Positions 32,878 through 44,500 are shown, counted from the first letter of the stretch. The stretch: 64,000 nt of DNA from Patescibacteria group bacterium (GCA_041738615.1 JBGSPL010000001.1:10706-74705); one strand, 5' to 3'. Numbers and translations are program-made. The notes: generated by a model not told the origin, from the sequence alone.

Positions 32878-33294
32878 ATGGAAACAAATCTAGAGGAAGC
32901 AAAGAAGTCTAAGATTCGCGAACAGGTCGGGATTTTGTTGGTTTGTTTGGTACTTGCTGGAAGTGGGGTGCTCCTGCTCAAGGAAAAACCAGAATCTGGG
33001 ACTATGAGCTTTTCTTCTGGCAATGGCAAGGTTTTGGAAGCCAATTCGAACGCATCTACGAAATCATCAGCCAATTCCTCAGCAGCTGAGCCAGCAATTT
33101 CGACGAAGATAAATATAAACACGGCTTCGCTCGAAGATTTAGATAAACTCCCCGGGGTTGGTCCAGCAACGGCACAGAAAATAATCGATTATCGAAACCA
33201 GAACGGACTGTTTCCGAGCATTGAGGCTATTGATGGCGTCTCTGGTATTGGCCCCTCGAAGTACTCACAAATGAAAGACATGATAAGTATTTAG
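32878..33294 (+). CDS. comEA: ComEA-family helix-hairpin-helix DNA-binding protein
   Basis: TM anchor plus HhH motif INTASLEDLDKLPGVGPATAQKIIDYR. Confidence 0.85.
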   Translation: METNLEEAKKSKIREQVGILLVCLVLAGSGVLLLKEKPESGTMSFSSGNGKVLEANSNASTKSSANSSAAEPAISTKININTASLEDLDKLPGVGPATAQKIIDYRNQNGLFPSIEAIDGVSGIGPSKYSQMKDMISI

Positions 33295-33305
33295 CTAGAT
33301 ATTAC

Positions 33306-33334
33306 TTGAAATAATTCCATTTTTGGCTTAGAAT
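33306..33334 (+). promoter_or_regulatory. sigma70-like promoter (TTGAAA-17-TAGAAT) for the PurH-domain cassette
   Basis: TTGAAA at 33306-33311 and TAGAAT at 33329-33334. Confidence 0.55.
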
Positions 33335-33368
33335 GCCCTCACGCTGTCAGCTGGAGGGAGGGTTGTTA

Positions 33369-33971
33369 ATGGAAAAGCGACATGCGTTGCTCTCTGTCTT
33401 TGACAAGACGGGGATTGTTGAGTTCGCAACTGGACTCGTGAGTTTCGGTTTCGTGTTGATTGCCTCAGGGGGTACTGCGGCGGTTTTGCGCGAGGCTGGG
33501 CTCGAAGTGATTGATACGGCCGACCTTGTTGGTGGCCCGATTCTCGGGCATCGTGTCGTCACGCTGTCTCGCGAGATTCACGCCGGTATCCTGGCCAAGG
33601 ACAACGAGGAGGACCGAGCGGAGCTTGCACGGCTCGGCATCAACTTCATCGATCTCGTGGGGGTAGACCTTTACCCGCTCGAAGGTATGGTCGAGAAGGA
33701 AGGGGTCACAGAGGCGGAGGTCATCGAGATGACTGATGTCGGTGGTCCGACGATGCTACATGCGGCCGCAAAGGGTCGCCGCATTGTGGTCACACCTCAG
33801 GACTACGATGAGGTCCTCGACTGGCTCGGTCAGGACGAGCCTGACCCTGTCGAGTTCCGGCGGAATCTGGCCTTCGTGGCAGAACTCACGGCACTGGAGC
33901 ACCTCGAAGCCTCGGCTGCGTACATCGCCAAGGTTGCGGGGATCGAATTCGTCGACGACGAGGAGGACTAG
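33369..33971 (+). CDS. stand-alone PurH-type IMP cyclohydrolase (MGS-like) domain protein
   Basis: Clear similarity to the N-terminal domain of bifunctional PurH (ALLSVFDKTGIVEFA, ASGGTA, GGPILGHRVVTL..HAGIL, VDLYPLE, DVGGPTMLHAAAKG). GGAGGGAGGG SD 5 nt before the ATG at 33369. No AICAR-transformylase domain follows. Confidence 0.75.
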   Translation: MEKRHALLSVFDKTGIVEFATGLVSFGFVLIASGGTAAVLREAGLEVIDTADLVGGPILGHRVVTLSREIHAGILAKDNEEDRAELARLGINFIDLVGVDLYPLEGMVEKEGVTEAEVIEMTDVGGPTMLHAAAKGRRIVVTPQDYDEVLDWLGQDEPDPVEFRRNLAFVAELTALEHLEASAAYIAKVAGIEFVDDEED

Positions 33972-34000
33972 TCCGCGTCAGAACGTGCAACTGCACGACC

Positions 34001-34036
34001 GGGTCCGCTATACCCCTAGCGGACCCTCTTCATTTT
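34001..34036 (+). terminator. hairpin terminator after the PurH-domain gene
   Basis: GGGTCCGCTA-TACCCC-TAGCGGACCC (10-bp stem) followed by TCTTCATTTT. Confidence 0.6.
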
Positions 34037-34043
34037 GATACTG

Positions 34044-34072
34044 TTGAAAAGAGCAGAGAATTATAGTAAAAT
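34044..34072 (+). promoter_or_regulatory. promoter for tRNA-Leu(TAG) (TTGAAA-17-TAAAAT)
   Basis: TTGAAA at 34044-34049 and TAAAAT at 34067-34072, about 20 nt upstream of the tRNA. Confidence 0.5.
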
Positions 34073-34093
34073 AGTCCAAGTCTCACGTACCGT

Positions 34094-34178
34094 GCCTCGG
34101 TGGTGAAACTGGTATACACGCTAGTTTTAGGAACTAGTGCCGCAAGGCGTGGAGGTTCGATTCCTCTCCGAGGCACCA
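34094..34178 (+). tRNA. tRNA-Leu(TAG)
   Basis: Acceptor GCCTCGG/CCGAGGC, anticodon stem CTAGT/ACTAG with loop TTTAGGA (TAG), long variable arm, encoded CCA. Confidence 0.85.
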
Positions 34179-34312
34179 CTTTTACGACAAATATCTTCGA
34201 TTTTTGTGGGGACGAGGGAAACAGAGAGAAGATAATGGGGCCGTTTGGGCCTTTTTTCATTACTTCCTAGATATGGTATTATTTATAGCAGAATAACCAA
34301 AGGAGAACTGAA

Positions 34313-34624
34313 GTGGGTGAATTTGACCAACCAGATGGAAGTGATTTTGTAGCAGCGCCAGTGGAGTTAGCAGAAGTTAGTGACTCATCAGAGACAGTTA
34401 GACCAGAGCCCTTGTTTGGCAAGCAAAACGTTGTTGACTTTGCGCTTGATGGTAATCCAACGGAAGATTTTCAAAAAGTTGGAGCTATAGATACGTATCA
34501 TTTTGATGAAACAACCAGCTCCTGGAAATATAATATCAAGGAGGAGGGCACAGGGACTTTACACTTAGATGTAGATGAATCGCTGATATATATTGAGGAT
34601 CTGGGAATTGAGAGGAGCAAATAA
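34313..34624 (+). CDS. hypothetical acidic protein (103 aa)
   Basis: ORF with an AAGGAG SD and a GTG start. Its stop codon overlaps the trxA start. No family recognised. Confidence 0.45.
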   Translation: MGEFDQPDGSDFVAAPVELAEVSDSSETVRPEPLFGKQNVVDFALDGNPTEDFQKVGAIDTYHFDETTSSWKYNIKEEGTGTLHLDVDESLIYIEDLGIERSK

Positions 34625-34941
34625 TGCTTACACTAACAGATGAGAATTTTGAAGCAGAAGTTTTGCAGAGCAAAACGCCAGTAATAGTTGACTTTTTTGC
34701 AGAATGGTGCGGACCTTGCAAGATGATGGGGCCTATCTTCGAAGAGGTTGGCGCAAAATATGAAGGCAAAGTGAAATTTGTGAAGGTTAACGTAGACGAA
34801 GCACGTGAGACTGCCATGAAATATGGTGTGATGAGCATCCCCACGGTAATTACATATAGGGGCGGGGAAGTCGCTGAGACCATGGTAGGGCTTCAGGACG
34901 AAACCGCACTAGCTGCTAAGGCAGAGGAACTGCTAAGGTAA
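34624..34941 (+). CDS. trxA: thioredoxin
   Basis: WCGPC active site, about 105 aa. Confidence 0.95.
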   Translation: MLTLTDENFEAEVLQSKTPVIVDFFAEWCGPCKMMGPIFEEVGAKYEGKVKFVKVNVDEARETAMKYGVMSIPTVITYRGGEVAETMVGLQDETALAAKAEELLR

Positions 34942-34952
34942 ATTAAATTCTA

Positions 34953-35000
34953 GGAATGCAGGAACCCCTTCCTGTCATTCCGACCGGAGTGGAGGAATCT
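34953..35000. repeat. composite hairpin repeat of the GTCATTCC...GGAATC family (member R5)
   Basis: GGAATGCAGGAA-CCCC-TTCCTGTCATTCC-GACCGGAGTGGA-GGAATC, immediately after the trxA stop. Confidence 0.6.
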
Positions 35001-35061
35001 CGGTAAAAGAGATCTTTCGACTACGCTCGAGATGACATAAGGGGTTTTGTGAAGGAGAAAG

Positions 35062-36348
35062 ATGAACGTAACACGAGAAAATCTAAAAGACGGTAAAGTA
35101 AAACTAACCATCGAGGTTGAGGCAGGGAAGATTGTTCTGGCGTCCGACCAGGTGTATGCAAAGCTAGCACCTACAGTAAAAGTAGCGGGTTTCCGTCCTG
35201 GTAAAGCCCCAAAGAACATCGTCGAGAAAGAAATTGGTACAGAGCGATTTGAAGCTGAAATTTTGGATATCCTCCTTCCTCAGACTTATTACGAAGCAGT
35301 GATGCAGGAGAAGCTAGAGGTTGTTGGCGCTCCCGAGGTAAAACTTGTGAAGTTTGTACCTACAGACGGCCTTACCTATGAGGCAGTGGTTGAGATTATG
35401 CCAGAAATCGTGATTCCAGAACTCAAGAAAGTTTCTGTCAAAAAGCAAAAAGTAGAAGTGAAAAAAGAGGAAGTTCAGGAAGTTCTTGCCGACCTTGCAA
35501 AGCAGCTTCAGAAATTTCAAGTGGTCGAGCGCGTTGCCAAGAAGGGCGACCGCGTAGAAATCGACTTTGATGGCTACCTCAAAGGGCTACCTTTTGACGG
35601 TGGTAAGAGCCAGAATCATCCTCTAGTACTAGGTTCAGGTTCTTTTATCTATGGATTTGAGGAGCAGCTCGAGGGGGTTAAGGCCAATGACGAAAAAGAT
35701 GTCGAGGTCACATTCCCCAAGGATTATCACGCCGAAAATCTAAAGGGTGAGAAAGTCACCTTTAAGGTCAAGGTTCATACAGTAGAAGAAATTATCCTTC
35801 CAGAAATCAATGATGCTTTTGCCAAGGAGGTTGGAACATTCAAGGACCTGGATACCTTAAAGGCAGATATCGAGAAGCAACTTCTCTTTACTAAAGAAAC
35901 TCAGGAGAGGCATCGTCTCGAGGACGAAATCCTGACTGCAATTGCCGAAAAGGCGAAGTTTGCAGTACCTCAGGGGCTAGTTACTCAGGAACAGCATCGT
36001 TTGATGCACGATGCCGAAAACAACTTGGCGCAGCAGGGGATGCAGATGGCGCAGTACCTCGAAATGATCAAGAAAACTCCAGAAGAGGTCGAAGCCGAGA
36101 TGAAGCCAGAGGCAGAGAAACGGGTGAAGGTCGGAATGATTCTGACTCAAGTGGCCAAAGATGGTGGATACAAGGCTACCGAGGTAGAGATTGCAAAAGC
36201 TGTAGAGGATCGTATCAAGTCACATCCAGAAGCCCAGGCCGAGGAAGCACGTAAATACTATGAGTCTCATGACGGTCAGCACGCTCTAGAGAATGCGATT
36301 ATAGGGACGAAAGTTCTGGATTACCTATTAGAAACCTGCAGTAAATAA
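35062..36348 (+). CDS. tig: trigger factor
   Basis: Ribosome-binding N-domain, central FKBP-like PPIase domain and C-terminal arm. Confidence 0.9.
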   Translation: MNVTRENLKDGKVKLTIEVEAGKIVLASDQVYAKLAPTVKVAGFRPGKAPKNIVEKEIGTERFEAEILDILLPQTYYEAVMQEKLEVVGAPEVKLVKFVPTDGLTYEAVVEIMPEIVIPELKKVSVKKQKVEVKKEEVQEVLADLAKQLQKFQVVERVAKKGDRVEIDFDGYLKGLPFDGGKSQNHPLVLGSGSFIYGFEEQLEGVKANDEKDVEVTFPKDYHAENLKGEKVTFKVKVHTVEEIILPEINDAFAKEVGTFKDLDTLKADIEKQLLFTKETQERHRLEDEILTAIAEKAKFAVPQGLVTQEQHRLMHDAENNLAQQGMQMAQYLEMIKKTPEEVEAEMKPEAEKRVKVGMILTQVAKDGGYKATEVEIAKAVEDRIKSHPEAQAEEARKYYESHDGQHALENAIIGTKVLDYLLETCSK

Positions 36349-36363
36349 ACATAACTATCCAAA

Positions 36364-36392
36364 GAAGCCGTATATAAGTGCGGCTTCTTTTT
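36364..36392 (+). terminator. rho-independent terminator after tig
   Basis: GAAGCCG-(10 nt)-CGGCTTC followed by TTTTT. Confidence 0.75.
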
Positions 36393-36436
36393 GCTTGTGG
36401 TAAAATATTACTACTCGAATACGAAAGGGGAACACC

Positions 36437-37039
36437 ATGAACGAAAGAAACCAAATCCTGATACCGACTGTGATTCAGAAAACCTCGCTAGGGGAGAGGG
36501 CTTACGATATTTATAGCAAGCTTCTCGAGGATCGCATCATTTTTCTCGGGACGGGGATAGACGACACTGTCGCAAATATAGTAATAGCTCAGCTTCTTTA
36601 TCTTGAGAGCGTCGACACCAAGAAGGACATCACGATGTATATCAATAGCCCCGGTGGAAGCGTCAGCTCTGCTATGGCCATCCTGGATACTATGAATTTT
36701 GTTGGCCCAGATGTTTCTACCGTCTGTATCGGTATGGCAGCTAGTGCAGCAGCGGTACTTCTCTCGGCTGGTAAGAAGGGGAAGCGCTTTACCTTGCCAA
36801 ACTCCAGGGTTCTTATACACCAACCTCTTGTAGAAGGTATGGGCGGACAAGCAACTGATATAGAGATACATACCAAGGAGCTGCTTCGTATCAAGAAAGA
36901 GCTTGCAACTATTCTGTCCAATAATACCGGGCAGTCTATGACGAAGATTAATAACGATGTGGAGCGCGACTATATTCTCTCAGCTGAGGAAGCGAAGAAG
37001 TATGGCCTAGTAGACGAAATAATTAGAAAGAGGAAATAG
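36437..37039 (+). CDS. clpP: ATP-dependent Clp protease proteolytic subunit ClpP
   Basis: Catalytic Ser context [11 protein letters not shown] and His/Asp blocks. Confidence 0.95.
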   Translation: MNERNQILIPTVIQKTSLGERAYDIYSKLLEDRIIFLGTGIDDTVANIVIAQLLYLESVDTKKDITMYINSPGGSVSSAMAILDTMNFVGPDVSTVCIGMAASAAAVLLSAGKKGKRFTLPNSRVLIHQPLVEGMGGQATDIEIHTKELLRIKKELATILSNNTGQSMTKINNDVERDYILSAEEAKKYGLVDEIIRKRK

Positions 37040-37999
37040 ATGAAACTTCGAGAGATTTACGAGCTTTTTGTCGAAAAGGGTATACAGAACGACCCCCGTG
37101 AAGAGACACGGATAGAGAAGCTACTCGCAAGCGAGAAGAAGAAATACGACAAGTTGGAGAAGGACGAGGAACAGTATTATGACAAAGAACGTCTGGTAAA
37201 TCCATTTGCGGATACGCGCATTCTTACAGGTGACGAAAACACCGACGTAAAGCGCATTTTGGTTGGCGTCGATATGGAAGTAGGGGAAGTCCTGCTTGCC
37301 GACCGACTTACCGAGAAAGGGCAACAGATTGACCTAATTTTGGCACACCATCCAGAGGGTACCGCCCTGGCTGCGCTTAGCGATGTTATGAATATCCAGT
37401 CGGATGTCTTGAATCTTTATGGCGTCCCTATCAATGTGGCAGAGGGGACCATCGCAGGTAGGATCTCCGAGGTATCCCGTGGTATTGCTCCAGTGAATCA
37501 CCAACGAGCCGTGGACGCAGCTAGACTGCTCGGTTTCCCTATGATGTGCTCGCATACTGTGGCTGACAACATGGTGTACACCTTTGTTAAAGACATTATG
37601 GAAAAGAAAAAACCCGATACGGTGGGTGAGGTGTTAGATCTACTTATGGAAATACCGGAGTATCGGGAAGGCAAGAAGCTAGGCGCAGGTCCACGGCTAT
37701 TTACGGGAAACAAGGAGAATAGAGCGGGTAAGATCGCAGTTACCGAGATGACAGGCGGTACTAGTGGTGCTAAGGAAATGTTTGAGAAGATGTCACACGC
37801 CGGAATCGGAACCATCATCGGGATGCACATGGGCGAGGAACACCGCAAAGAGGCCGAGAAGAATCACCTGAACGTAGTTATCGCTGGACACATGGCCTCT
37901 GATTCTCTCGGCATGAACCTACTTCTCGACGAAATCGAGAAAAAGGGAGTGGAAATTGTCCCAGTTTCTGGGCTGCTTAGAGTAAGTCGAAATAGTTGA
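37040..37999 (+). CDS. Nif3-like dinuclear metal centre protein (GTP cyclohydrolase 1 type 2 homologue), tentative
   Basis: LILAHHPEG and VIAGHMASDSLGMN resemble the HH.. and AGHxxSE metal-binding motifs of the Nif3/YbgI/YqfO family. N-terminal coiled-coil-like extension. Confidence 0.5.
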   Translation: MKLREIYELFVEKGIQNDPREETRIEKLLASEKKKYDKLEKDEEQYYDKERLVNPFADTRILTGDENTDVKRILVGVDMEVGEVLLADRLTEKGQQIDLILAHHPEGTALAALSDVMNIQSDVLNLYGVPINVAEGTIAGRISEVSRGIAPVNHQRAVDAARLLGFPMMCSHTVADNMVYTFVKDIMEKKKPDTVGEVLDLLMEIPEYREGKKLGAGPRLFTGNKENRAGKIAVTEMTGGTSGAKEMFEKMSHAGIGTIIGMHMGEEHRKEAEKNHLNVVIAGHMASDSLGMNLLLDEIEKKGVEIVPVSGLLRVSRNS

Positions 38000-38024
38000 C
38001 ATCGCGCCCCTTTTAGTGTAAATT
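37996..38024 (+). promoter_or_regulatory. promoter for rpoBC (TTGACA-17-TAAATT)
   Basis: Perfect -35 at 37996-38001 and TAAATT at 38019-38024, followed by a ~140-nt leader containing the inverted repeat AAAAGAAAA...TTTTCTTTT. Confidence 0.5.
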
Positions 38025-38166
38025 TTGTAGTACAGCTTAACGGAATAAAAGAAAAACGGGAGTCGAAAATACCGATTCCTTGCTCTTTTCTTTTATGGGC
38101 ACTACAACGAGAATAACGAATTACCCTTATATATAAGTAAAATCATTAATTAAGGAGCGAGCTTTT

Positions 38167-41100
38167 ATGGCCAAAAAATCGCTAGAATTCGCGTCATCGT
38201 CAAAGACGGGTCGCAAATATCTCAACCCATCCCCGGACGTTCTGCAGCTACCAAACTTGACAGAAGTCCAAACAGACAGCTTCAACTGGTTCATTCGAGA
38301 GGGACTAGCAGAGCTGTTCGAAGAGGTTTCACCTCTAGACGACTACACCGGCAAGCTAATGTCCATCTCTTTCAAGGACTACTGGCTTGGCGACCCCAAG
38401 TACTCAGAGCTAGTCTCTAAGGAGAAGAAAGTTACCTACGAAGCACCTCTAAAGGCAAACGTAGAGCTTACGATCAAAGAGACCGGCAAAAAGAAAATCC
38501 AAGAAGTTTTTCTTGGTGATATGCCCGTGATGACAGGTCGCGGTACTTTTATTATTAATGGTGTAGAGCGCGTTGTCGTTTCACAGCTAGTACGTTCCCC
38601 AGGAGTTTACTTCACCTCAGAAGAGCTCACAGCGGGAACTTTTTTTGGCGCCAAGGTTATTCCTGGACGCGGTGCATGGCTCGAAATCGAGACAGCGCCT
38701 CAGGATGGCATCTACGCCAAGATCGATCGCAAGCGTAAGATTCCTATTACCACATTACTTCGTGCTTTCGGTTACTCTACTGACGAGGAAATTAAAGCTC
38801 TGTTCCATGATGTAAACACCAACAAAGAGCGTGACTACATCGCAAACACTCTCGAAAAGGATCCTTCACGCAATCAGGGTGAGGCATTCGTAGAAGTTTA
38901 CAAACGTATTCGTCCAGGGGATTTGGCCACCGTGGAGAATGCTCGCAGCTTTATCGAAGGTATGTTCTTCGACGTGAAGAAATATGACCTCTCTCGTGTT
39001 GGTCGTTACAAGACCAACAAACGTCTTGGCGTTGACATCAAGAATGTTCGTGCCAACCGTGCCTTCCGCAAGGAAGACTTAGTCGCTATCGTTAAGGAAA
39101 TTATTCGTTTGAACAATGAAGGTGGCGTCGCTGACGACATCGACCATATGGGTAACCGTCGTGTTCGTACTGTTGGAGAACTTATCCAGCAGAAGTTCCG
39201 CATCGGTCTGACTCGTACCGAACGTAACATAAAAGATCGTATGTCTATCTATGACACCGAGACAGTTACGGCGTCTCAACTTATCAATGTGCGTCCAATC
39301 GTCGCATCGGTTCGCGAGTTCTTTGCTAGTTCACAGCTTTCACAGTTTATGGACCAAACAAATCCTCTTACAGAGCTCGCTCACAAGCGTCGTCTGTCCT
39401 CTCTGGGGCCAGGCGGACTCTCACGTGAACGTGCTGGTTTTGAGGTTCGTGACGTTCACAAGACTCACTACGGTCGCATCTGTCCTATTGAGACTCCAGA
39501 AGGACCGAACATTGGTCTTGTAAACTCACTCGCATCATTTGCAAAGATCAACAGCTATGGCTTCATCGAGACTCCATATCGAGTGGTTGAGAAGGACAAA
39601 AATGGCAAGCCTTGCGCTACTGGCAAGATTGTTTACCTTGCTGCCGATGATGAGGAAAACAGCATTATCGCTCAGGCTACTACACTAGTAGATGAAAAAG
39701 GTCATTTTGTTAGCGCTACTGCTATTGCTCGTCGACACGGGGAAGCGGACGAAGTCCCTGTCGCCGAAGTTGACTATATCGACGTCGCTACAGAGCAACC
39801 AGTAAGCATCTCGACCTCATTGATTCCTTTTGTAGAACACGATGATGCACGTCGCGCGCTGATGGGTGCCAACATGCAACGTCAGGCTGTTTCGGTTGTG
39901 AAGCCACAGGCTCCAATCGTTGGTACTGGTAACGAAGCTAAGGTAGCGGAAGACTCTGGACAGATTGTTCAGGCAAAAGCTGCAGGTGAAATCGTTGCTG
40001 TATCTGCGGACACAATCAAGATTAAATATACAGACGGCAAGGAAGAAATTATCCTTCTGAACAAGTTTGCCCAGACCAATTCCGATACTTGTATCAATCA
40101 ACATCCACGCGTTGCGACAGGCCAGAAAGTAAAGAAGGGTGACCTTCTTGCTGACGGCGCTGCTACCGAAGGTGGTGAGCTAGCACTGGGACAGAATGTG
40201 CTGGTTGGTTACATGACTTGGCAGGGTAACAACTTCGAGGATGCTATCGTCCTTTCACAGAGACTAGTGGAAGATGATCGTTATACATCTATCCATCTAG
40301 AAGAGTTCCACATCGACGTGCGCGACACTAAGCTCGGGCCAGAGGTTATCACTCGTGATATCCCAAATGTTGGTGATGAGGCACTTCGCGACCTAGACGA
40401 AGAGGGTATTATCCGTGAAGGCGCCGAAGTCGTTGCTGGTGACATTCTAGTTGGAAAGATTACACCAAAGGGAGAGACCGAGCTTACAGCAGAGGAGCGC
40501 CTATTGCGTGCTATCTTCGGTGAGAAGGCTCGTGACGTAAAAGATAGCTCACTTCGTGTTCCACCTGGAGTACACGGCAAGATCATAAGCATTGGCACCA
40601 AGTCTCGCGACAAGGGTGACGAGCTTCCAGCCGGTGTTATCACTCAGGTTTATGTCATGATTGCTCAGATGCGCAAGATTGCGGTCGGAGACAAGATGGC
40701 AGGACGTCATGGTAACAAGGGCGTTATCGCGCGTATTCTTCCTATCGAAGATATGCCATACCTAGAGGACGGCACTCCACTAGATGTGCTTCTAAATCCA
40801 CAAGGTATTTCATCTCGTTTGAACTTTGGCCAGGTGCTCGAAACTCATCTTGGTTGGGCTGCAGCTGCGCTTGGTATCACCATCGCGTCTCCAGTATTCA
40901 ACGGAGTAAAAGTAGATCAGATCAAGCAGCTTCTAGGCGAGGCCGGACTAGCAGAGGACGGTCGTTCACAGCTTTACGACGGACGTACTGGCGAACCATT
41001 TGCAGAACGTACTGTTGTTGGTTACAAATACTTCTTGAAGCTTCTTCACCTAGTCGAAGACAAGATTCACGCTCGTTCTATCGGGCCGTACGCTATGGTT

Positions 41101-41562
41101 ACTCAGCAGCCACTTGGTGGTAAAGCTCAGTTTGGTGGCCAGAGATTCGGTGAGATGGAAGTATGGGCACTTGAGGCATATGGTGCCGCTCATACCCTAC
41201 AAGAAATTCTGACTATCAAATCCGACGATGTTATCGGCCGTTCCAAGGCTTACGAGTCTACGATCAAGGGTGAGGACATCAAGGAGCCACGAGTTCCAGA
41301 GTCCTTCAACGTTCTTGTAAAAGAGCTTCAGGGCTTGGGTCTAGAAGTAGACCTCATCCAAGAGGACAAGACAGGCGACGTTGCCATAGAAGCAGAGAAG
41401 CTTATCGAAGAGAGCTACGAAGAGAATATCAGGGAGCTCAAAGGACAGCCCCTAATGGTAGGGGACCGTGCCGAGGACGAGTTACCTGCAGTTGATGTCG
41501 ATGCCGACAAAGCGATAGACGACTTTGAAGTACTAGAAGAAATGCCTCAGGGCGAGAAATAG
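38167..41562 (+). CDS. rpoB: DNA-directed RNA polymerase subunit beta
   Basis: Conserved beta-subunit blocks along the full length ([20 protein letters not shown] and others). Confidence 0.97.
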   Translation: MAKKSLEFASSSKTGRKYLNPSPDVLQLPNLTEVQTDSFNWFIREGLAELFEEVSPLDDYTGKLMSISFKDYWLGDPKYSELVSKEKKVTYEAPLKANVELTIKETGKKKIQEVFLGDMPVMTGRGTFIINGVERVVVSQLVRSPGVYFTSEELTAGTFFGAKVIPGRGAWLEIETAPQDGIYAKIDRKRKIPITTLLRAFGYSTDEEIKALFHDVNTNKERDYIANTLEKDPSRNQGEAFVEVYKRIRPGDLATVENARSFIEGMFFDVKKYDLSRVGRYKTNKRLGVDIKNVRANRAFRKEDLVAIVKEIIRLNNEGGVADDIDHMGNRRVRTVGELIQQKFRIGLTRTERNIKDRMSIYDTETVTASQLINVRPIVASVREFFASSQLSQFMDQTNPLTELAHKRRLSSLGPGGLSRERAGFEVRDVHKTHYGRICPIETPEGPNIGLVNSLASFAKINSYGFIETPYRVVEKDKNGKPCATGKIVYLAADDEENSIIAQATTLVDEKGHFVSATAIARRHGEADEVPVAEVDYIDVATEQPVSISTSLIPFVEHDDARRALMGANMQRQAVSVVKPQAPIVGTGNEAKVAEDSGQIVQAKAAGEIVAVSADTIKIKYTDGKEEIILLNKFAQTNSDTCINQHPRVATGQKVKKGDLLADGAATEGGELALGQNVLVGYMTWQGNNFEDAIVLSQRLVEDDRYTSIHLEEFHIDVRDTKLGPEVITRDIPNVGDEALRDLDEEGIIREGAEVVAGDILVGKITPKGETELTAEERLLRAIFGEKARDVKDSSLRVPPGVHGKIISIGTKSRDKGDELPAGVITQVYVMIAQMRKIAVGDKMAGRHGNKGVIARILPIEDMPYLEDGTPLDVLLNPQGISSRLNFGQVLETHLGWAAAALGITIASPVFNGVKVDQIKQLLGEAGLAEDGRSQLYDGRTGEPFAERTVVGYKYFLKLLHLVEDKIHARSIGPYAMVTQQPLGGKAQFGGQRFGEMEVWALEAYGAAHTLQEILTIKSDDVIGRSKAYESTIKGEDIKEPRVPESFNVLVKELQGLGLEVDLIQEDKTGDVAIEAEKLIEESYEENIRELKGQPLMVGDRAEDELPAVDVDADKAIDDFEVLEEMPQGEK

Positions 41563-41576
41563 GCGAGGAGAGAAAA

Positions 41577-44500
41577 GTGATATTACAAGAAACAAGAAAC
41601 GAGAACTTCAAGGCGATTAAGCTTTCGATAGCTTCTCCAAAACACATTCTCGATTGGTCACACGGCGAAATTACGAAGCCTGAGACTATTAACTACCGCA
41701 CACTAAAGCCAGAAAAGGACGGCCTTTTCTGCGAAAAGATTTTCGGCCCTGCAAAGGACTGGGAATGTTACTGTGGTAAGTACAAAAGAATCCGCTACAA
41801 AGGCGTAATCTGCGATCGTTGTGGAGTCGAGGTTACTCGCTCTATCGTTCGACGTGAGCGCATGGGCCACATCAAGCTTGCAGTGCCAGTAACCCATATC
41901 TGGTTCCTCCGTGGTGTACCTTCATCAATCGGTCTTACTCTCAATCTCTCAGCCCGCGACCTCGAGAAGGTGGCTTACTTTGCAAATTACATTATTCTCA
42001 CAGTGGATGATGATGCAAAACAGGCAGCGAAAAAGAAGATCGACGAAGAGTTCAAGGCTCGTAAGGCCGAGATCGAAGCAACCGAAAAGGATGCCGAAGC
42101 TCGTCAGCAGCAGATTGATGATCTAGAACAGTTCCGTACTACAGCACGCGATGATCTAAACCAGATTAGTCCGCTCGAGATTATCTCCGAATCTAAATAT
42201 CGTGATTTCTCACTGAAATTTGGCGAAGTATTTACTGCAAGTATCGGTGCCGAAGCTATCAAGACTCTACTGGAGAAGGTTGATTTAGATAAACTTGTAG
42301 AAACACTACGTATAGAAGTCGATGCCTCACAGGGTGTAAAACGCAAGAAAGCGATCAAGCGCCTCAAGCTTATCGAGGGATTTGTAAGCGCCGGGATTAG
42401 GCCTGAGTGGATGATTATGACTGTAATGCCAGTAATTCCACCAGATCTTCGCCCTATGGTTCAGCTCGACGGTGGTCGTTTTGCGACATCTGACCTAAAC
42501 GACCTTTATCGTCGTGTTATCAACAGAAATACTCGTCTCAAGAAACTACTCGACATGGATGCCCCTGAGGTTATCTGCCGCAACGAGAAGCGCATGCTTC
42601 AAGAGGCAGTAGATGCCCTTATCGACAACTCTGCACGTCGCGACAAGAACGTTTCTATGGCTACAAACCGCAAGAAACTACGTTCACTCGCAGACATGCT
42701 CAAGGGTAAACAGGGTCATTTCCGCCAGAACCTACTAGGGAAACGTGTGGACTACTCTGGCCGTTCGGTTATCGTAGTTGGTCCTCATCTAAAGCTAGAC
42801 CAGTGTGGTCTACCAAAGATGATGGCCCTCGAGCTCTTCAAGCCATTTGTTATCAGTAAGCTTATCCTTGACGGGATTGCACACAATGTAAAGAGTGCAA
42901 GTCGTATGATAGAGCGTAGTCGCACCGAAGTTTGGGATGCCCTAGACTCAGTGATTACTGGCAAGTACGTGCTCCTAAATCGTGCTCCTACCTTGCACCG
43001 TCTCGGTATTCAGGCTTTCAAGCCAGTACTGATCGAAGGTAAGGCTATCCAGATTCATCCGCTAGTTTGTTCGGCTTTCAACGCCGACTTCGACGGAGAC
43101 CAAATGGCGGTTCACGTTCCTTTGTCTGCAAAAGCACAAAAGGAAGCCGCTGAAATCATGCTTTCTACGAAGAACCTACTGAAGCCAGCCGCTGGTGAGC
43201 CAGTCGTAAAGCCTTCTCAGGATATCGTACTCGGTATCTACTGGATGACAGTAGATGTAGCTGAGGACCGTGCAGTAAAGGCCTACTCTTCAAAAGAAGA
43301 GGTTATCTCGGCATTTGACCTTGGCGAGCTAAGGGTTCGCAGCAAGGTGAAGCTAATGATCGACGGCGTTCTCACTGAGACAACTGTCGGCCGTATCTTC
43401 TTCAACGAAATTCTCCCAGTAGGTTTTGGCTTCATGAATGAAGAAATGACCTCCAAGAAACTAACAGCCGTTATCGAGCGTATCTTCGTAGATTACGGTT
43501 CAGACGAGACTGTAAAGTTCGTAGACAAGATGAAGGACCTCGGATTTGAGTTTTCGACGCTGTCTGGTATCTCTATGTCGATGGACGATTTCCAAATTCC
43601 AGAGTCCAAGGGCGCAATTCTTGCTAAGTTTGAAGAGAAGGAAAAGCAAGTCTTTGCTCAGTACAGTCAAGGTATGATTACTGGCGATGAGCGCTATGCC
43701 AAGATTCTAGAAATCTGGATGGAAGCTCGTGACGAAGTCATGAAAGCCATGGCTAAAGACATGGATCAGGCCAGCTCTGCTGCCGTCATGATGAATTCTG
43801 GTGCTCGTGGTAACCTCTCTCAGATGGCTCAGATGGCCGGCATGAAGGGTCTCGTGGTGAACGCTTCCGGTCGTACAATCGAGTTCCCAATCAAGTCCAA
43901 CTACAAGGAAGGTCTTTCTTCTCTAGAATACTTCTCATCAACACATGGCGCACGTAAAGGTCTTTCCGATACGGCCCTTAAGACTTCTGACTCTGGATAC
44001 CTCACTCGTCGTCTGGTAGACGTTTCTCAGGAAGTCGTTGTTACCGAGAAGGACTGTGGTACTAAGAATGGTACTGTAATCACCAAGACAGAATCTAAGA
44101 AAATTGGTGAAGATTTCTCCGCTCGCGTTATCAGCCGCGTACTTGCAAAAGAAGCCGTGGATGAGAAAACTGGTGAGATTATCCTGAAGAAGGGGACTCT
44201 TATCGGTACCGACGAGTTCGCCAAGCTAGATAACGCTCAGATTACAGAAGTTACTATCCGTTCTGCGCTCACTTGTGAGTCAGAGTGGGGCATCTGCCAA
44301 CACTGCTACGGTTCCGACCTGGCACGTGGTGGTCTTATCGCTCTCGGTGAAGCGGTCGGCATTATCGCTGCGCAATCTATCGGCGAGCCTGGAACTCAGC
44401 TAACGATGAGAACGTTCCATGCAGGTGGTATCGCTGGCGTTGATATTACCCAGGGTCTACCTCGTGTAGAGGAGCTTTTCGAGGCTCGTCAGCCAAAGGG

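Noticed and set aside
33333-33368. ORF-track start at 33333 for the PurH-domain gene
   Set aside because: No SD precedes it, and it overlaps the predicted -10 at 33329-33334. The ATG at 33369 has a strong GGAGGGAGGG SD.
34030-34260. 76-aa - strand ORF containing GIEPPR
   Set aside because: It is the antisense translation of tRNA-Leu(TAG). The GIEPP motif is the classic tRNA TPsiC-arm artefact.
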